The notes beneath the pieces are model-generated. The model saw only the letters and a program-made list of their open reading frames with translations, did not search any database and was not told the origin of the DNA. A DNA stretch of 55,979 bases from a virus. Lineage: Duplodnaviria; Caudoviricetes. Location of the stretch: positions 1 through 55,979 of IMG/VR virus record IMGVR_UViG_3300020045_002573. The stretch is one strand, 5' to 3'. A program made the translations under genes and the position numbers. Below, in pieces: positions 9,092-17,698 of the stretch (the stretch's first letter is position 1; each line of letters begins with the position of its first letter).

Positions 9092-9579
9092 TTCACTTGC
9101 TCCTTGATGTTATCAAAAAACTGCTTTTCGGTTCCTACTAGATTCATACCTTCAGCGTAACTGATATAGCGATCAAATACCAACGCCATCTTCGTATTGC
9201 CACGTTGAATCTCTTCCATACAGAATAACGCACCCTGACCGATATCCGCCAGCTTCAGGATACGAGCCTCGGCCGGAGTCAAAGCCTCTGGACCCCAACC
9301 TGAATGTTCCAGGATAGTCTCCTCGATAGCATTCACCTGATCACCGATACCGAACATCCGTTTACTTGGCGCGGGGATGTCTCCGGTTTGATGCTCGGCG
9401 AGGTCATGAACCAGAGCCGCGAACACCAAGTTGATGGAAGGCGTATCCGGCGACAACATACACGCCAACAAAGCCACTCCATGAGAGTGATGACCTACGG
9501 TTTCCGGTACCAGGGTAGTCACGGTATGATAGCGACGGACGTTAGCGCCATCTAGAAGGAATTGCACTTGAGGATTCAT
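9088..9579 (-). CDS. HD-domain deoxynucleotide hydrolase (YfbR-like)
   Basis: VRRYHT...ETVGHHS...LVHDLAE..TGDIPAP.K...LKLAD. Confidence 0.82.
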   Translation of the reverse strand: MNPQVQFLLDGANVRRYHTVTTLVPETVGHHSHGVALLACMLSPDTPSINLVFAALVHDLAEHQTGDIPAPSKRMFGIGDQVNAIEETILEHSGWGPEALTPAEARILKLADIGQGALFCMEEIQRGNTKMALVFDRYISYAEGMNLVGTEKQFFDNIKEQVK

Positions 9580-9640
9580 TCATTTCTCCTGTTATTTGTT
9601 AAGTGCCCCCATTATACCTGAACAGGGGCACCGAGGCAAC
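9580..9640 (-). promoter_or_regulatory. Sigma70-like promoter with conserved leader
   Basis: Minus strand TTGCCT-17-TATAAT(9611-9616)-GGGGGCACTTAACAAATAACAGGAG; a GTGCCCC/GGGGCAC inverted pair brackets the -10. Confidence 0.7.
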
Positions 9641-9642
9641 AA

Positions 9643-10644
9643 CTATTTTACCTTAGCCTTCTCTCGGCGTTCGATCCATTGAATCGTAGCGATCCGCCAG
9701 TCTGGGTCATGAATCTTTTCAGCCCAGTTCATACCGCTAGAGGTCTTCTCCTTACGGCTCTTGCTCACCATCGCCATAGGATAAGCGGTGTAACGGAAGA
9801 AGTCGGGGTAGACTACGTCGTAAAGGAAAGGGTTATCGCAGAAAAGCTCGGCGTTATTCAACCAATCTTTCCATTTACTATTGTCTAATCTAGAGCAACG
9901 ACTCATCATAGGTGTGGAATTGACAACTCCTCGCTTGTAGTAATCATACTCGGTGTCAATAGGTGGGTTTTCCAGGTGTTTCTTAGCGTCGTACAACTCC
10001 GTGTAGAGGTGAAGGTTGTTGCTGAATTGACGATACTCGCCTACCTCAACGTCGGTGGCAATCGCTACGAACTCCATCATGAAGCTGAAATGAACCGCGT
10101 TGGCGCCGTAACACCCGTACCAGATGTCATTGGAGCGGTTCAATACGGTCATGTTCAACTTACCGTTACGAATCTCAAAGAACACTTGAGTGTTGCACGC
10201 CATGTCCTTAGTATTCTTGGTCAGGTCCGCTGGATCCCACATTTGCATCACGGCTCGGCGCGTCTTGGGATCCTTCTTCAAGAGTTTGATGATCTCCGAT
10301 AACTGATCCACTCCGAAATGCTCACGCCAACGGTGACCATACGCGGCATTGAACACTTCACCATCATCGGAGTATTGACCTATTCTGGAATTGAACAGTT
10401 CCGGGAACTTGACATCCCGACGACCCGCCATCATCCAAATGGATTCCATCAGGTGAAAGATCGGGTTAGCGTCACGCTCCGGCCAGAACAACACCCGTTC
10501 GCAAGGCTTCTCGTATATAGTCATCACCGGCTCCGGGAATACCAGGACCGGGCCGTTGCGGGACTCTTCCTCTACTCCCATGACACGTAGCTTCCAGAAG
10601 GCTTCAGCGATACCTTCATTCACATTTCGGACGCGAATTTCCAT
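9643..10644 (-). CDS. Thymidylate synthase-superfamily enzyme, probable dUMP hydroxymethylase
   Basis: RRAV.QMWD, catalytic Cys in DMACN, RSND, GANAVHF (Asn at the dUMP-specificity position), NLHLY; located beside hypermodification genes. Confidence 0.82.
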   Translation of the reverse strand: MEIRVRNVNEGIAEAFWKLRVMGVEEESRNGPVLVFPEPVMTIYEKPCERVLFWPERDANPIFHLMESIWMMAGRRDVKFPELFNSRIGQYSDDGEVFNAAYGHRWREHFGVDQLSEIIKLLKKDPKTRRAVMQMWDPADLTKNTKDMACNTQVFFEIRNGKLNMTVLNRSNDIWYGCYGANAVHFSFMMEFVAIATDVEVGEYRQFSNNLHLYTELYDAKKHLENPPIDTEYDYYKRGVVNSTPMMSRCSRLDNSKWKDWLNNAELFCDNPFLYDVVYPDFFRYTAYPMAMVSKSRKEKTSSGMNWAEKIHDPDWRIATIQWIERREKAKVK

Positions 10645-10645
10645 G

Positions 10646-10822
10646 TTATTTCCTTTCCCGGTTAGCCCACAGGCTATAGCTTTTAACCACTATGAATAGA
10701 GGCCATAAGAGACCTACTACGAATGACGCCCAAATGTCGATAGGATCACGTGGGTCTTTTAACTCACGGAACATGAGCATTAACGTCAATAGAGCGTAAA
10801 TCAGTATATAGTTATATTCCAT
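10646..10822 (-). CDS. Small membrane protein (58 aa)
   Basis: AGGAG RBS; MEYNYILIYALLTLMLMF...VVGLLWPLLFIVV with two hydrophobic stretches; not in the ORF track. Confidence 0.55.
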   Translation of the reverse strand: MEYNYILIYALLTLMLMFRELKDPRDPIDIWASFVVGLLWPLFIVVKSYSLWANRERK

Positions 10823-10831
10823 GTTATTCTC

Positions 10832-11737
10832 CTAGTAAGCGGTCTCATGAGTATATGTGGATTTAGGAGACCCTTCAAGATTTAACGCTTTCCAGTACTT
10901 GAAAAGCTCACACATGCAGTTTTGAATATCGTGAAGTGATACGTTATCCAGGTCCAACTGTTCAGCTACTTCTTTCCAGATCACAACTAGAGCTTGATTG
11001 AAGTCTTCTTGTTTCCAAAGGTGACCTAGCTTCTTACCGTAAAGACGATTGAGTCCGCGCTGACTTCCGGGACCCATAGGTGCCCAAGTATAAAGGTCTT
11101 TCGCATGACCTAATTCATCAAAGTAGTACGTCAGGTCGGCGGCAACTTGCCCTGACATGAACGAACTGAACCCATAGTGCTCGGTAAGCGCCGAAACAAG
11201 GGCTTCTACGCGGTTCTCGGCCGCCGCAGCACGTATTCTAGGCGCATCTTTAGCTAACGGTAACAGGAACTTGCGAGCTACCGTCTCGACCTTACTAGAA
11301 CCCTTCTCGTGACCTGGAAATTGCATGTACGCACTTCCCCAGACCTTCAAACCTTGAGCCTTGAGATCATCCAGCACCACGATGAATACGTCAGGGTTAA
11401 AGTCTTCGGCGTTTTGCGGTATGGCGCCATTTACCAGCAAAGCTATTATTGTTGGGGGCCAATTGATATACCGAGCAATAGCGGATACGAACCAGAGATC
11501 TTCACCGTCGTTCATCTTGTATTGATTGAACATGTTAGCGATCATCCACTGAGACATCTTGTCGTCTCGCCGGCGGACATTACAGAAGCGATATTTAGCG
11601 AGTATTGGATCAGGAGTCCAGGGAGCCGGCAGGTTACGCTCTTTCTGCAGCCGAATGACCTCACGCTCGTATACCCAGTAGAGCACGTCGTCTATACAAG
11701 GGTTACCTGGAACCGGAGTGTTGAAGGGATTAGCCAC
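10832..11737 (-). CDS. aGPT-Pplase1 / 5-hmdU DNA kinase helical-domain protein
   Basis: PWTPDPILAKYRFCNVRR.DD signature, F.SGQVAADL, GPGSQRGL, QNCMCE..KY. Confidence 0.82.
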   Translation of the reverse strand: MANPFNTPVPGNPCIDDVLYWVYEREVIRLQKERNLPAPWTPDPILAKYRFCNVRRRDDKMSQWMIANMFNQYKMNDGEDLWFVSAIARYINWPPTIIALLVNGAIPQNAEDFNPDVFIVVLDDLKAQGLKVWGSAYMQFPGHEKGSSKVETVARKFLLPLAKDAPRIRAAAAENRVEALVSALTEHYGFSSFMSGQVAADLTYYFDELGHAKDLYTWAPMGPGSQRGLNRLYGKKLGHLWKQEDFNQALVVIWKEVAEQLDLDNVSLHDIQNCMCELFKYWKALNLEGSPKSTYTHETAY

Positions 11738-12305
11738 GTTCGGCTCCTTTGAAAATAGCCATCACTTCCTCATAGGCGTTAGTGTGGTCAATCGCTCGTA
11801 CGTCGTAACCGAGTTTATCCAGAGCCTTTGCCGTAGACATGGTCTGAGTCCATTTGTCGCGGGTATTCTTCTCATTCAGCGGGCGCTCATCACCTCGAGC
11901 TAGACGACGTGCCTTGACACGCTCGATACAAGTTTCGACAGGTGTCGTGAGTATGGCGAAGCAAGCCTTACCCGTTTCTTGAATAGTTTTAGTTACAGCA
12001 CCCTTGGGTCCAGCCGCCGAAGCCAGGAGACCTTCCATGAGTACATGACCTCCTTCTTTCCAGAACCCTACAGCTCGATCAGCCGCAGTTTGTTGTTCGT
12101 TTATAGCGTCACACCCTCCGCATTTTGTTTCATATTTACCCACTAGATAAATTGGATGATTAAGATTGGCATCCACCTTATAACCTAGAACCTTACCAGC
12201 GGAATCAAGTACTTTTTCATGAGGAAAGTTATTCAGGATAGTAAAAGCAATCGTCGATTTACCTGATCCCGAAGTTCCACGGATGCTGCAAATAATATTA
12301 GACAT
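11730..12305 (-). CDS. P-loop kinase, probable 5-hmdU DNA kinase component
   Basis: IRGTSGSGKST Walker A, GKY...CGGCD, LMEG, C.ERV.ARR..RG; overlaps the aGPT-Pplase1 gene. Confidence 0.8.
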   Translation of the reverse strand: MSNIICSIRGTSGSGKSTIAFTILNNFPHEKVLDSAGKVLGYKVDANLNHPIYLVGKYETKCGGCDAINEQQTAADRAVGFWKEGGHVLMEGLLASAAGPKGAVTKTIQETGKACFAILTTPVETCIERVKARRLARGDERPLNEKNTRDKWTQTMSTAKALDKLGYDVRAIDHTNAYEEVMAIFKGAERG

Positions 12306-13047
12306 TTTGATTCTCCTTTGCGCGTTGATGTTGAAGTATTGCTTTTTCTCTAATCTTTTGCTTTGTTTCTTCAGATCTCTTTTGTCCTCTTGTTTTAGCC
12401 ACTATTTTAGCTATGGTTTCGGGATTTCTAGCTCTTATTTTTTGAGCTTCCAACTGTTCTGGTGTTCTTTTCTTACCTATCAGCTTTGCCACTCTCTTTG
12501 CAATGAGCTCTTCGGGCTGCTTTTTACCTAGTTTCGCGGCAGACATCTTAGCTCTGGTTTCTGGGTTCAATGCCGAAGTTTTTAGCTTCAAATTTGCTGC
12601 TCTATCAGGATTATTACGGTACGATTCCTGCGTCGCTTCGGAATGCTTCTTTCTATTTTCTTGGTCTGAAAAATGTAAAATCTTGCTAGCTGAGTTTTTA
12701 GCCCTAACTTCACTTCTTTTAGCCGGGTTACTTTCACCTGTCATTCTAAGTCTTAGGATTTCCTTCCACCTAATTCTTAATGAGCTGTAAACTTTAGCCC
12801 CGTATTGACGATATCCACTCATAAGATTTACAGCTTCTACCAGACTATCATTATCTGGATAAATTTTCACCAATAGTAGGTGAGCCAAAAAATGAACACG
12901 AGCGGGAACATAAAAAGCATTTCCCTTCACATAGGTTCCACCAAAACATCCCGGTAACTTTCTATGTCTTTCGGTATATACCCCAAATGGCTTTTTCCAA
13001 GACCCGTATTTTTCAATCAGATTATTATAAAGATGTTGATAATTCAT
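12298..13047 (-). mobile_element. Free-standing HNH homing endonuclease with NUMOD3 repeats
   Basis: MNYQHLYNNLI...ERHRKLPG..GG...N...ARVHFLAHLLL.KIYP followed by repeated (H/R)SEET..K(M/I)S units; AT-rich; has its own promoter. Confidence 0.8.
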
Positions 13048-13059
13048 TTGATTAATCCA

Positions 13060-13111
13060 AGTGGTTTGCTTAGTTTAATTATACCTGATCTATACAAGAA
13101 AGCAAACCACT
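13060..13111 (-). promoter_or_regulatory. Promoter nested in a 12-bp inverted repeat upstream of the endonuclease
   Basis: AGTGGTTTGCTT (13060-13071) / AAGCAAACCACT (13100-13111); minus strand TTGCTT-16-TATAAT, with the -35 in one arm and the -10 in the loop. Confidence 0.6.
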
Positions 13112-13115
13112 AAAT

Positions 13116-14150
13116 TTAGTCATCAAAAACAAAAGGTACTCTACCCGTTTCGCGGTACAGATTTTGCAGCTTCTTGGACAGCGTCTTTGATCCATATTGC
13201 GGATGCGAAGGGTTGCATTCAATCCGTAAAGATTCAGGTAGATACTTTTTACGCGCCTCCCAGAACATGGTCAAATCCAACGAAGGGTTCTTTTCAGCGG
13301 TTTCAAGTAGCCGTGAGTACAACATGTCATTGTACACGGAAGGATAGCGACGGTTAGGGCGGTGCCATGACTTGTAGCAGCATAGAGTTGATTCTAGAGT
13401 TTCATACCCCACGTCGCCGATAAAGTCTTTACCTTTGAATCTTTCTTTAGCTTCACTCAGTAACTTTTCACCTTCAAGCTCTAACCAATTCAACATCTTC
13501 GGTGTGTATTTACCGTCGAAGTCCGGATTTAACTTATCATGCCAATCGAGTTCCTCGTGTCCTAATAGGATACACAAACCGTTTCGGTGTGATTTGGAAC
13601 CGGAGATATCTTTCAGCATAAGGGTGTCATATTCGAAATTCAACACCCCGCGTCCGGCTATCTTGACAAACTCTAACCCTGACCAAGCTCCTAGGCGACC
13701 TAGTGAATGAAGTTCATTGCGTACTCGATTCCAAAGGGTAGTGAAGTCCCCTGTATATAAGGCTTCTAGGGAACCGTACTCTTTCACTTTTTTACCCAAT
13801 ATACCTATCGCCTTGGGGCATTCCACTTTTTGCCATTTTCTATCGCTATCAAAAGGCAAAGAGTGCCAGTTTTCATTGAACCACGTATTGAATTGTATCC
13901 AATCTTCATCTGTTTTAGGAGGTTCTGGTAACTGCTCCAATATAGCGACTGTGGTAGGAAAATATTGAGTCAGGGAATTGATAGAAGCCGCCCACAACCT
14001 CTGTTCAATACCCCAATTCAGCTTCTCCGAAAAGTAAGGAATCAGTTGATAAACCGCTCCAGGGTGGGCGCGGTACTTCAAATGAAACTCGTAGAAGTGT
14101 AAAAAGGTTTCTCTACGATTCTCTTTGAGTCGGTAATCCGTATCGGTCAT
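13116..14150 (-). CDS. Amino acid:DNA transferase (aGPT-Pplase2 family)
   Basis: DYRLKENRRETF..FYEFHLKY..HPG, GR..AW..LE, SGSKSHRNGL, TLESTLC.YK...RYP.VY.D; cluster context. Confidence 0.78.
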   Translation of the reverse strand: MTDTDYRLKENRRETFLHFYEFHLKYRAHPGAVYQLIPYFSEKLNWGIEQRLWAASINSLTQYFPTTVAILEQLPEPPKTDEDWIQFNTWFNENWHSLPFDSDRKWQKVECPKAIGILGKKVKEYGSLEALYTGDFTTLWNRVRNELHSLGRLGAWSGLEFVKIAGRGVLNFEYDTLMLKDISGSKSHRNGLCILLGHEELDWHDKLNPDFDGKYTPKMLNWLELEGEKLLSEAKERFKGKDFIGDVGYETLESTLCCYKSWHRPNRRYPSVYNDMLYSRLLETAEKNPSLDLTMFWEARKKYLPESLRIECNPSHPQYGSKTLSKKLQNLYRETGRVPFVFDD

Positions 14151-14689
14151 TTCTTCACCCCGCTTACCGACAAATCTTGATTATATCGACCTCGTATCCC
14201 GTAGCCTTTATTTTCTGGCACAGGTAAGCTTCTATGAAAAATCATCTGCCCGATTCTACAACCGTCATCTAGCCGAATAGTGTGCCATTGAGTTAGGTTT
14301 TTCAACTCTAAGGTTAGAACGCTACCATGCCAGTAAGGGTCACACCAAGTAGCTAGAGCGTTTTCTAATCCAATTCTAGCACCAGAGCTATTCAACTTAA
14401 ATTCAGCAGAGATGTCCGCAGGTAGGTTAAACTTCTCTGTAGTATGAGCTAGTATGAATTCACCCGGTCGTAAATCATAAAAGTTTCCAGTTATGTTTTT
14501 CTTCTCCATATTCAAAGAATGTTTATCTTTTAGGGATACGGTCTGATTACCCTCGCTAGATCTCTCCACCAGGATATTGGCGCCTAAATGTACATCTATA
14601 CTAGTGCCGTTTACATCTTCTAGCTTTACTCCCTCTACAACACCTTTATCCACCAACTCGCATAATTCCTCATAACTTAGTAAGCCCAT
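14147..14689 (-). CDS. dcd: dCTP deaminase (trimeric dUTPase superfamily)
   Basis: SIDVHLG, LRPGEFILAHT.E, SSGARIGL, DP.WHG..TLEL, RIGQMIF, GRY.QD. Confidence 0.82.
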   Translation of the reverse strand: MGLLSYEELCELVDKGVVEGVKLEDVNGTSIDVHLGANILVERSSEGNQTVSLKDKHSLNMEKKNITGNFYDLRPGEFILAHTTEKFNLPADISAEFKLNSSGARIGLENALATWCDPYWHGSVLTLELKNLTQWHTIRLDDGCRIGQMIFHRSLPVPENKGYGIRGRYNQDLSVSGVKK

Positions 14690-15654
14690 CACGCCACCTC
14701 CTTAGCAGTATTGGTATAGAACTTCTCAATTACTTTCATATCTGGTGCCGAACCCACGATCCAGAACAAAGTCTTGTTGTCCGATTGAATCCACCCATTC
14801 TCTTTCAGCCAGCGAATCATTTTGGCCTCGTATACCGGATGGAAGGTAATACCGTCAAAGCTCTCTTTGAAATGGTCGGTATACTTAGCGTATCCGGTTT
14901 CATGTAGACTGTAATACTTCAATACGAACGGTAGGTTGTCCGGATCAACACCGATGTATTTCAGACGCGTATTGAGCCATTCCCGCTTATTAGGGCCGAT
15001 CTCCATAGCGAATACGGTCTTCACATCTTTAGGATCTCGGTTCAATCCCAGGATAAGCGAACAGATGGAATTACAAGATCCGGTCGGCATGATGACGGTA
15101 GTTACCCCTTTCGGAATGTTATCCACCTGACGAGCACCTACCTCATGGAACTTCCTCACCGTTTCCGCATCATATTGCGTGTGATCCACTGTTATACCAT
15201 AATGCACGACCAGGGAATCGGGACGCGTGAGTTCATCCACTCTTCGCTGAAGTATTGGGTTATAAGGTCCGGAGGCGTACTCGAACGAGGCTCCGAATCC
15301 ATGAGCAATCGCAGGACTTGCGTGTCCCAAGACTGTCTCGGGTTTGGAATAGACGACCAGTCGGGAGGGGAGTCCGTAGTGGGCTCCAACGATAGCCGAC
15401 ATGAGGAGTTGGGGTGATTGAAGAGAGGCACCGGACAAGACATGAGTTTTACCCTCACGGAAACGGTTCATGTACCAAATCAACTGACGACACTTGGAGC
15501 CGTTGGGGCCACCATAGCCCAAAGGAGCGAAGCTGTCCTCACGTTTGAACCAAATACCCTGATGGTTTTCCACCGGAGTCAGGTCGCCCAGGTGCTCTTC
15601 CCATTTGATCTGGTCGCGATCAAGCGATAACGTTTGAAATATCGAAGTGGTCAT
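14689..15654 (-). CDS. Fold-type II PLP-dependent enzyme, probable DNA aminoacyl-base decarboxylase
   Basis: LTPVE...FKRED...GGPNGSKCRQ (PLP lysine), SPQ, PTGS, HPVYEAK, LFWIVG; located in the hypermodification cluster. Confidence 0.8.
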   Translation of the reverse strand: MTTSIFQTLSLDRDQIKWEEHLGDLTPVENHQGIWFKREDSFAPLGYGGPNGSKCRQLIWYMNRFREGKTHVLSGASLQSPQLLMSAIVGAHYGLPSRLVVYSKPETVLGHASPAIAHGFGASFEYASGPYNPILQRRVDELTRPDSLVVHYGITVDHTQYDAETVRKFHEVGARQVDNIPKGVTTVIMPTGSCNSICSLILGLNRDPKDVKTVFAMEIGPNKREWLNTRLKYIGVDPDNLPFVLKYYSLHETGYAKYTDHFKESFDGITFHPVYEAKMIRWLKENGWIQSDNKTLFWIVGSAPDMKVIEKFYTNTAKEVA

Positions 15655-15811
15655 CAGTTTCTCCAGGTTGTATTAGTGTGACTTCGGTAACTTTCACCAG
15701 TTCGGTATTGATAGCGGCTTCGGTCTGTTTACGCGCTTCCGTATACGAAACCGCATCCACCAGCACCTTCTTGGTCATCTCGAATCGCAATGTAACTTCA
15801 TACGTATTCAT
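15620..15811 (-). CDS. Hypothetical protein
   Basis: Short ORF with an ATGA-coupled start (MNTYEV). Confidence 0.55.
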   Translation of the reverse strand: MNTYEVTLRFEMTKKVLVDAVSYTEARKQTEAAINTELVKVTEVTLIQPGETDDHFDISNVIA

Positions 15812-15984
15812 GGTAGATAACTCCAAGTTAGAGACAGAATAGAGTAAAGCATGAGTAGAGCTCCTATGATTGCCACTGGTAGCCAGATAAACTTGTCTCG
15901 GGTAGAGGTGTAAAACGGCGACTCTAACAGCTCAGAACCGACTTTACCTATTAACCATAACACCGCGCCAAGTGTGAAGATCAT
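15808..15984 (-). CDS. Small two-TM membrane protein (58 aa)
   Basis: MIFTLGAVLWLIG...IWLPVAIIGALLMLYSIL; ATGA overlaps on both sides; not in the ORF track. Confidence 0.6.
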   Translation of the reverse strand: MIFTLGAVLWLIGKVGSELLESPFYTSTRDKFIWLPVAIIGALLMLYSILSLTWSYLP

Positions 15985-16223
15985 AATATCACCTTATCAA
16001 TTTGACAACAATTACGCCAGTCTAACCTGGCACGATTAGGACATATAGCTTCTACTCTACCTACGAAGATGAAAGACATCAAATGAATAATACTCTCATC
16101 CTGGTGTAATACATCAGTTAGGGCTATATTCCTAGGTTCTTCGGTAGGAGAAGCTTCATATTCCCCTTTGACCGTAAGATTCACATCTTCAATCTGGTAA
16201 TTGAAGGAGAATGAGCGCATCAT
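15981..16223 (-). CDS. Hypothetical protein
   Basis: ATGA-coupled ORF. Confidence 0.55.
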   Translation of the reverse strand: MMRSFSFNYQIEDVNLTVKGEYEASPTEEPRNIALTDVLHQDESIIHLMSFIFVGRVEAICPNRARLDWRNCCQIDKVIL

Positions 16224-16507
16224 ACAAACCTCGCAATCTCGCACGGATTACCTGTACGTGCTATATCTTCTAACCGAGGGAACACGGTGATAAACAACCG
16301 CTGAACCCACTCCGGAGGATCAGTTTCCATCTCCTCAAGCCCCTCTTCAGTACCGTACTCCCAGCCGGTAGTGCCTAACACCTGATCCACCTTGTCGAAG
16401 ATGACGGCCCGTTGGTAGTACGGTTCCTCGTAATCGGTAACAGCGCACGAGAACAATACGGAAGTATGAGTTTCTTCAATAGTGATAATGCTAGCATCGT
16501 AGATCAT
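16220..16507 (-). CDS. Hypothetical protein
   Basis: 95 aa; ATGA-coupled; GAGG RBS. Confidence 0.6.
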   Translation of the reverse strand: MIYDASIITIEETHTSVLFSCAVTDYEEPYYQRAVIFDKVDQVLGTTGWEYGTEEGLEEMETDPPEWVQRLFITVFPRLEDIARTGNPCEIARFV

Positions 16508-17376
16508 GACATGTCCTCCTTAGAGCGAATACCTTTGAATACCGGAAAGCGGGGTAGGTCTTTAACGCCGATGGCGAAGCTCTTGATCATCGCGTATTGA
16601 CCTAGGTACTTTTCCTTGTGGTCCCAGATTTCCTTCCTTTGCGCATCATCAAAACCTGTTCCGCAGTTGAATGAAACACCCTCAGATAGCTCCAACACCA
16701 ATGCGCCAAGGTCACCTTTACCCACCTTGTTTTCCTGATGAGAGCTTCTTTCAGTATATCCCAGGGCGTTAATAGTAGCCTCATTTCCATTGAACATCCT
16801 CTCTTCGAACCCGATGATCTTGTATTCAGCGTCTTGAAACCGCTTTACCTTACCCAGGATACCTTCTTTCATCGTACTGCGACCCTGCTTGTACTTACCG
16901 TCGAGACTGCGCACCATAATACCCTCAGCCCCATTGGAGAGCATCTCTTCTTCAATCTCAAGCAAACCCGCTTCGTCATAAACCTTAACGTGACCAACTA
17001 TCATAGTGTGATAGAACTGGTAGGGTAAGCTGTTGAGACGTTCGGCAAACGGTAGACTTTCCATATCAATTCGGTCAAATATATAGAACTTGAAGTCCGG
17101 CTCGCCGTCCGCGGACATGACCCCGGAGTTGGTCTTGAGGTAGCAGTCTTTAGCAAACGGATCTCCGACTATCAACTCGCCATCGAGACCGTTGTATTCG
17201 GGCTTACCTATACAAGCCTGTACGTAAGTGTTGCGGATCGGTTTAAGGCTCCTCGAGTACGCTACACCATCTATCACGATACAGCGAATACCGTCCAGTT
17301 TGACGGACACCATGACAGGGTAATTGATCTTAGATGTGTCTTCGATCGTGTGTGCCAAAAGAGGCTTGAATGTCAT
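16504..17376 (-). CDS. ATP-dependent DNA ligase
   Basis: Motif I KLDGIR, LDGEL, YIFD, EGIMVR, KVK, GTGF, PRFPVF. Confidence 0.92.
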   Translation of the reverse strand: MTFKPLLAHTIEDTSKINYPVMVSVKLDGIRCIVIDGVAYSRSLKPIRNTYVQACIGKPEYNGLDGELIVGDPFAKDCYLKTNSGVMSADGEPDFKFYIFDRIDMESLPFAERLNSLPYQFYHTMIVGHVKVYDEAGLLEIEEEMLSNGAEGIMVRSLDGKYKQGRSTMKEGILGKVKRFQDAEYKIIGFEERMFNGNEATINALGYTERSSHQENKVGKGDLGALVLELSEGVSFNCGTGFDDAQRKEIWDHKEKYLGQYAMIKSFAIGVKDLPRFPVFKGIRSKEDMS

Positions 17377-17696
17377 TCTTTCACCCATTTGTAAGTTAGA
17401 GTTTTGCGGTTACTACCCACGGTAGGTACCGGCTCACCGACCACCACATATCCCCGTGGGATCAGTATCCTATTCATAGTGTTATTAACACTCGTGGTGG
17501 ATCTATTTATCACCTTGGCCAATTCAACGGCTGACATCACTCCTTTACCGGTCATCGCTCTACGGTAGAGGTCCGTAGGTTTTTCTTTGCGTTTGCGGCC
17601 GTCTACCAGCTTAGCCCGGACGACTACCGGAGCTCGAGCCTTAGTCGGGCTCAGATGCTCCAGATCTTTCAGCAGAGAGGAAAACAGAGAGCTCAT
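17373..17696 (-). CDS. Putative winged-HTH DNA-binding protein
   Basis: MSAVELAKVINRSTTSVNNTM..L...GYV pattern. Confidence 0.5.
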   Translation of the reverse strand: MSSLFSSLLKDLEHLSPTKARAPVVVRAKLVDGRKRKEKPTDLYRRAMTGKGVMSAVELAKVINRSTTSVNNTMNRILIPRGYVVVGEPVPTVGSNRKTLTYKWVKE

Positions 17697-17698
17697 AA

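Noticed and set aside
9088-9579. HD hydrolase as DatZ of a 2-aminoadenine (Z) genome
   Set aside because: No PurZ/adenylosuccinate synthetase homolog is visible; the neighbours point to thymidine modification.
9643-10644. Ordinary thymidylate synthase thyA
   Set aside because: Motifs are divergent (DMACN, RSND, GANAVHF) and adjacent 5-hmdU-processing genes favour a hydroxymethylase, so no gene symbol was assigned.
12298-13115. Group I intron interrupting a single gene
   Set aside because: The flanking AADT and kinase ORFs are each complete, and there is no room for an intron core, so the endonuclease is free-standing.
14689-15654. PLP enzyme as a metabolic auxiliary gene (ACC deaminase / D-cysteine desulfhydrase)
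   Set aside because: The fold is shared, but coupling to the AADT and kinase genes matches DNA hypermodification clusters.
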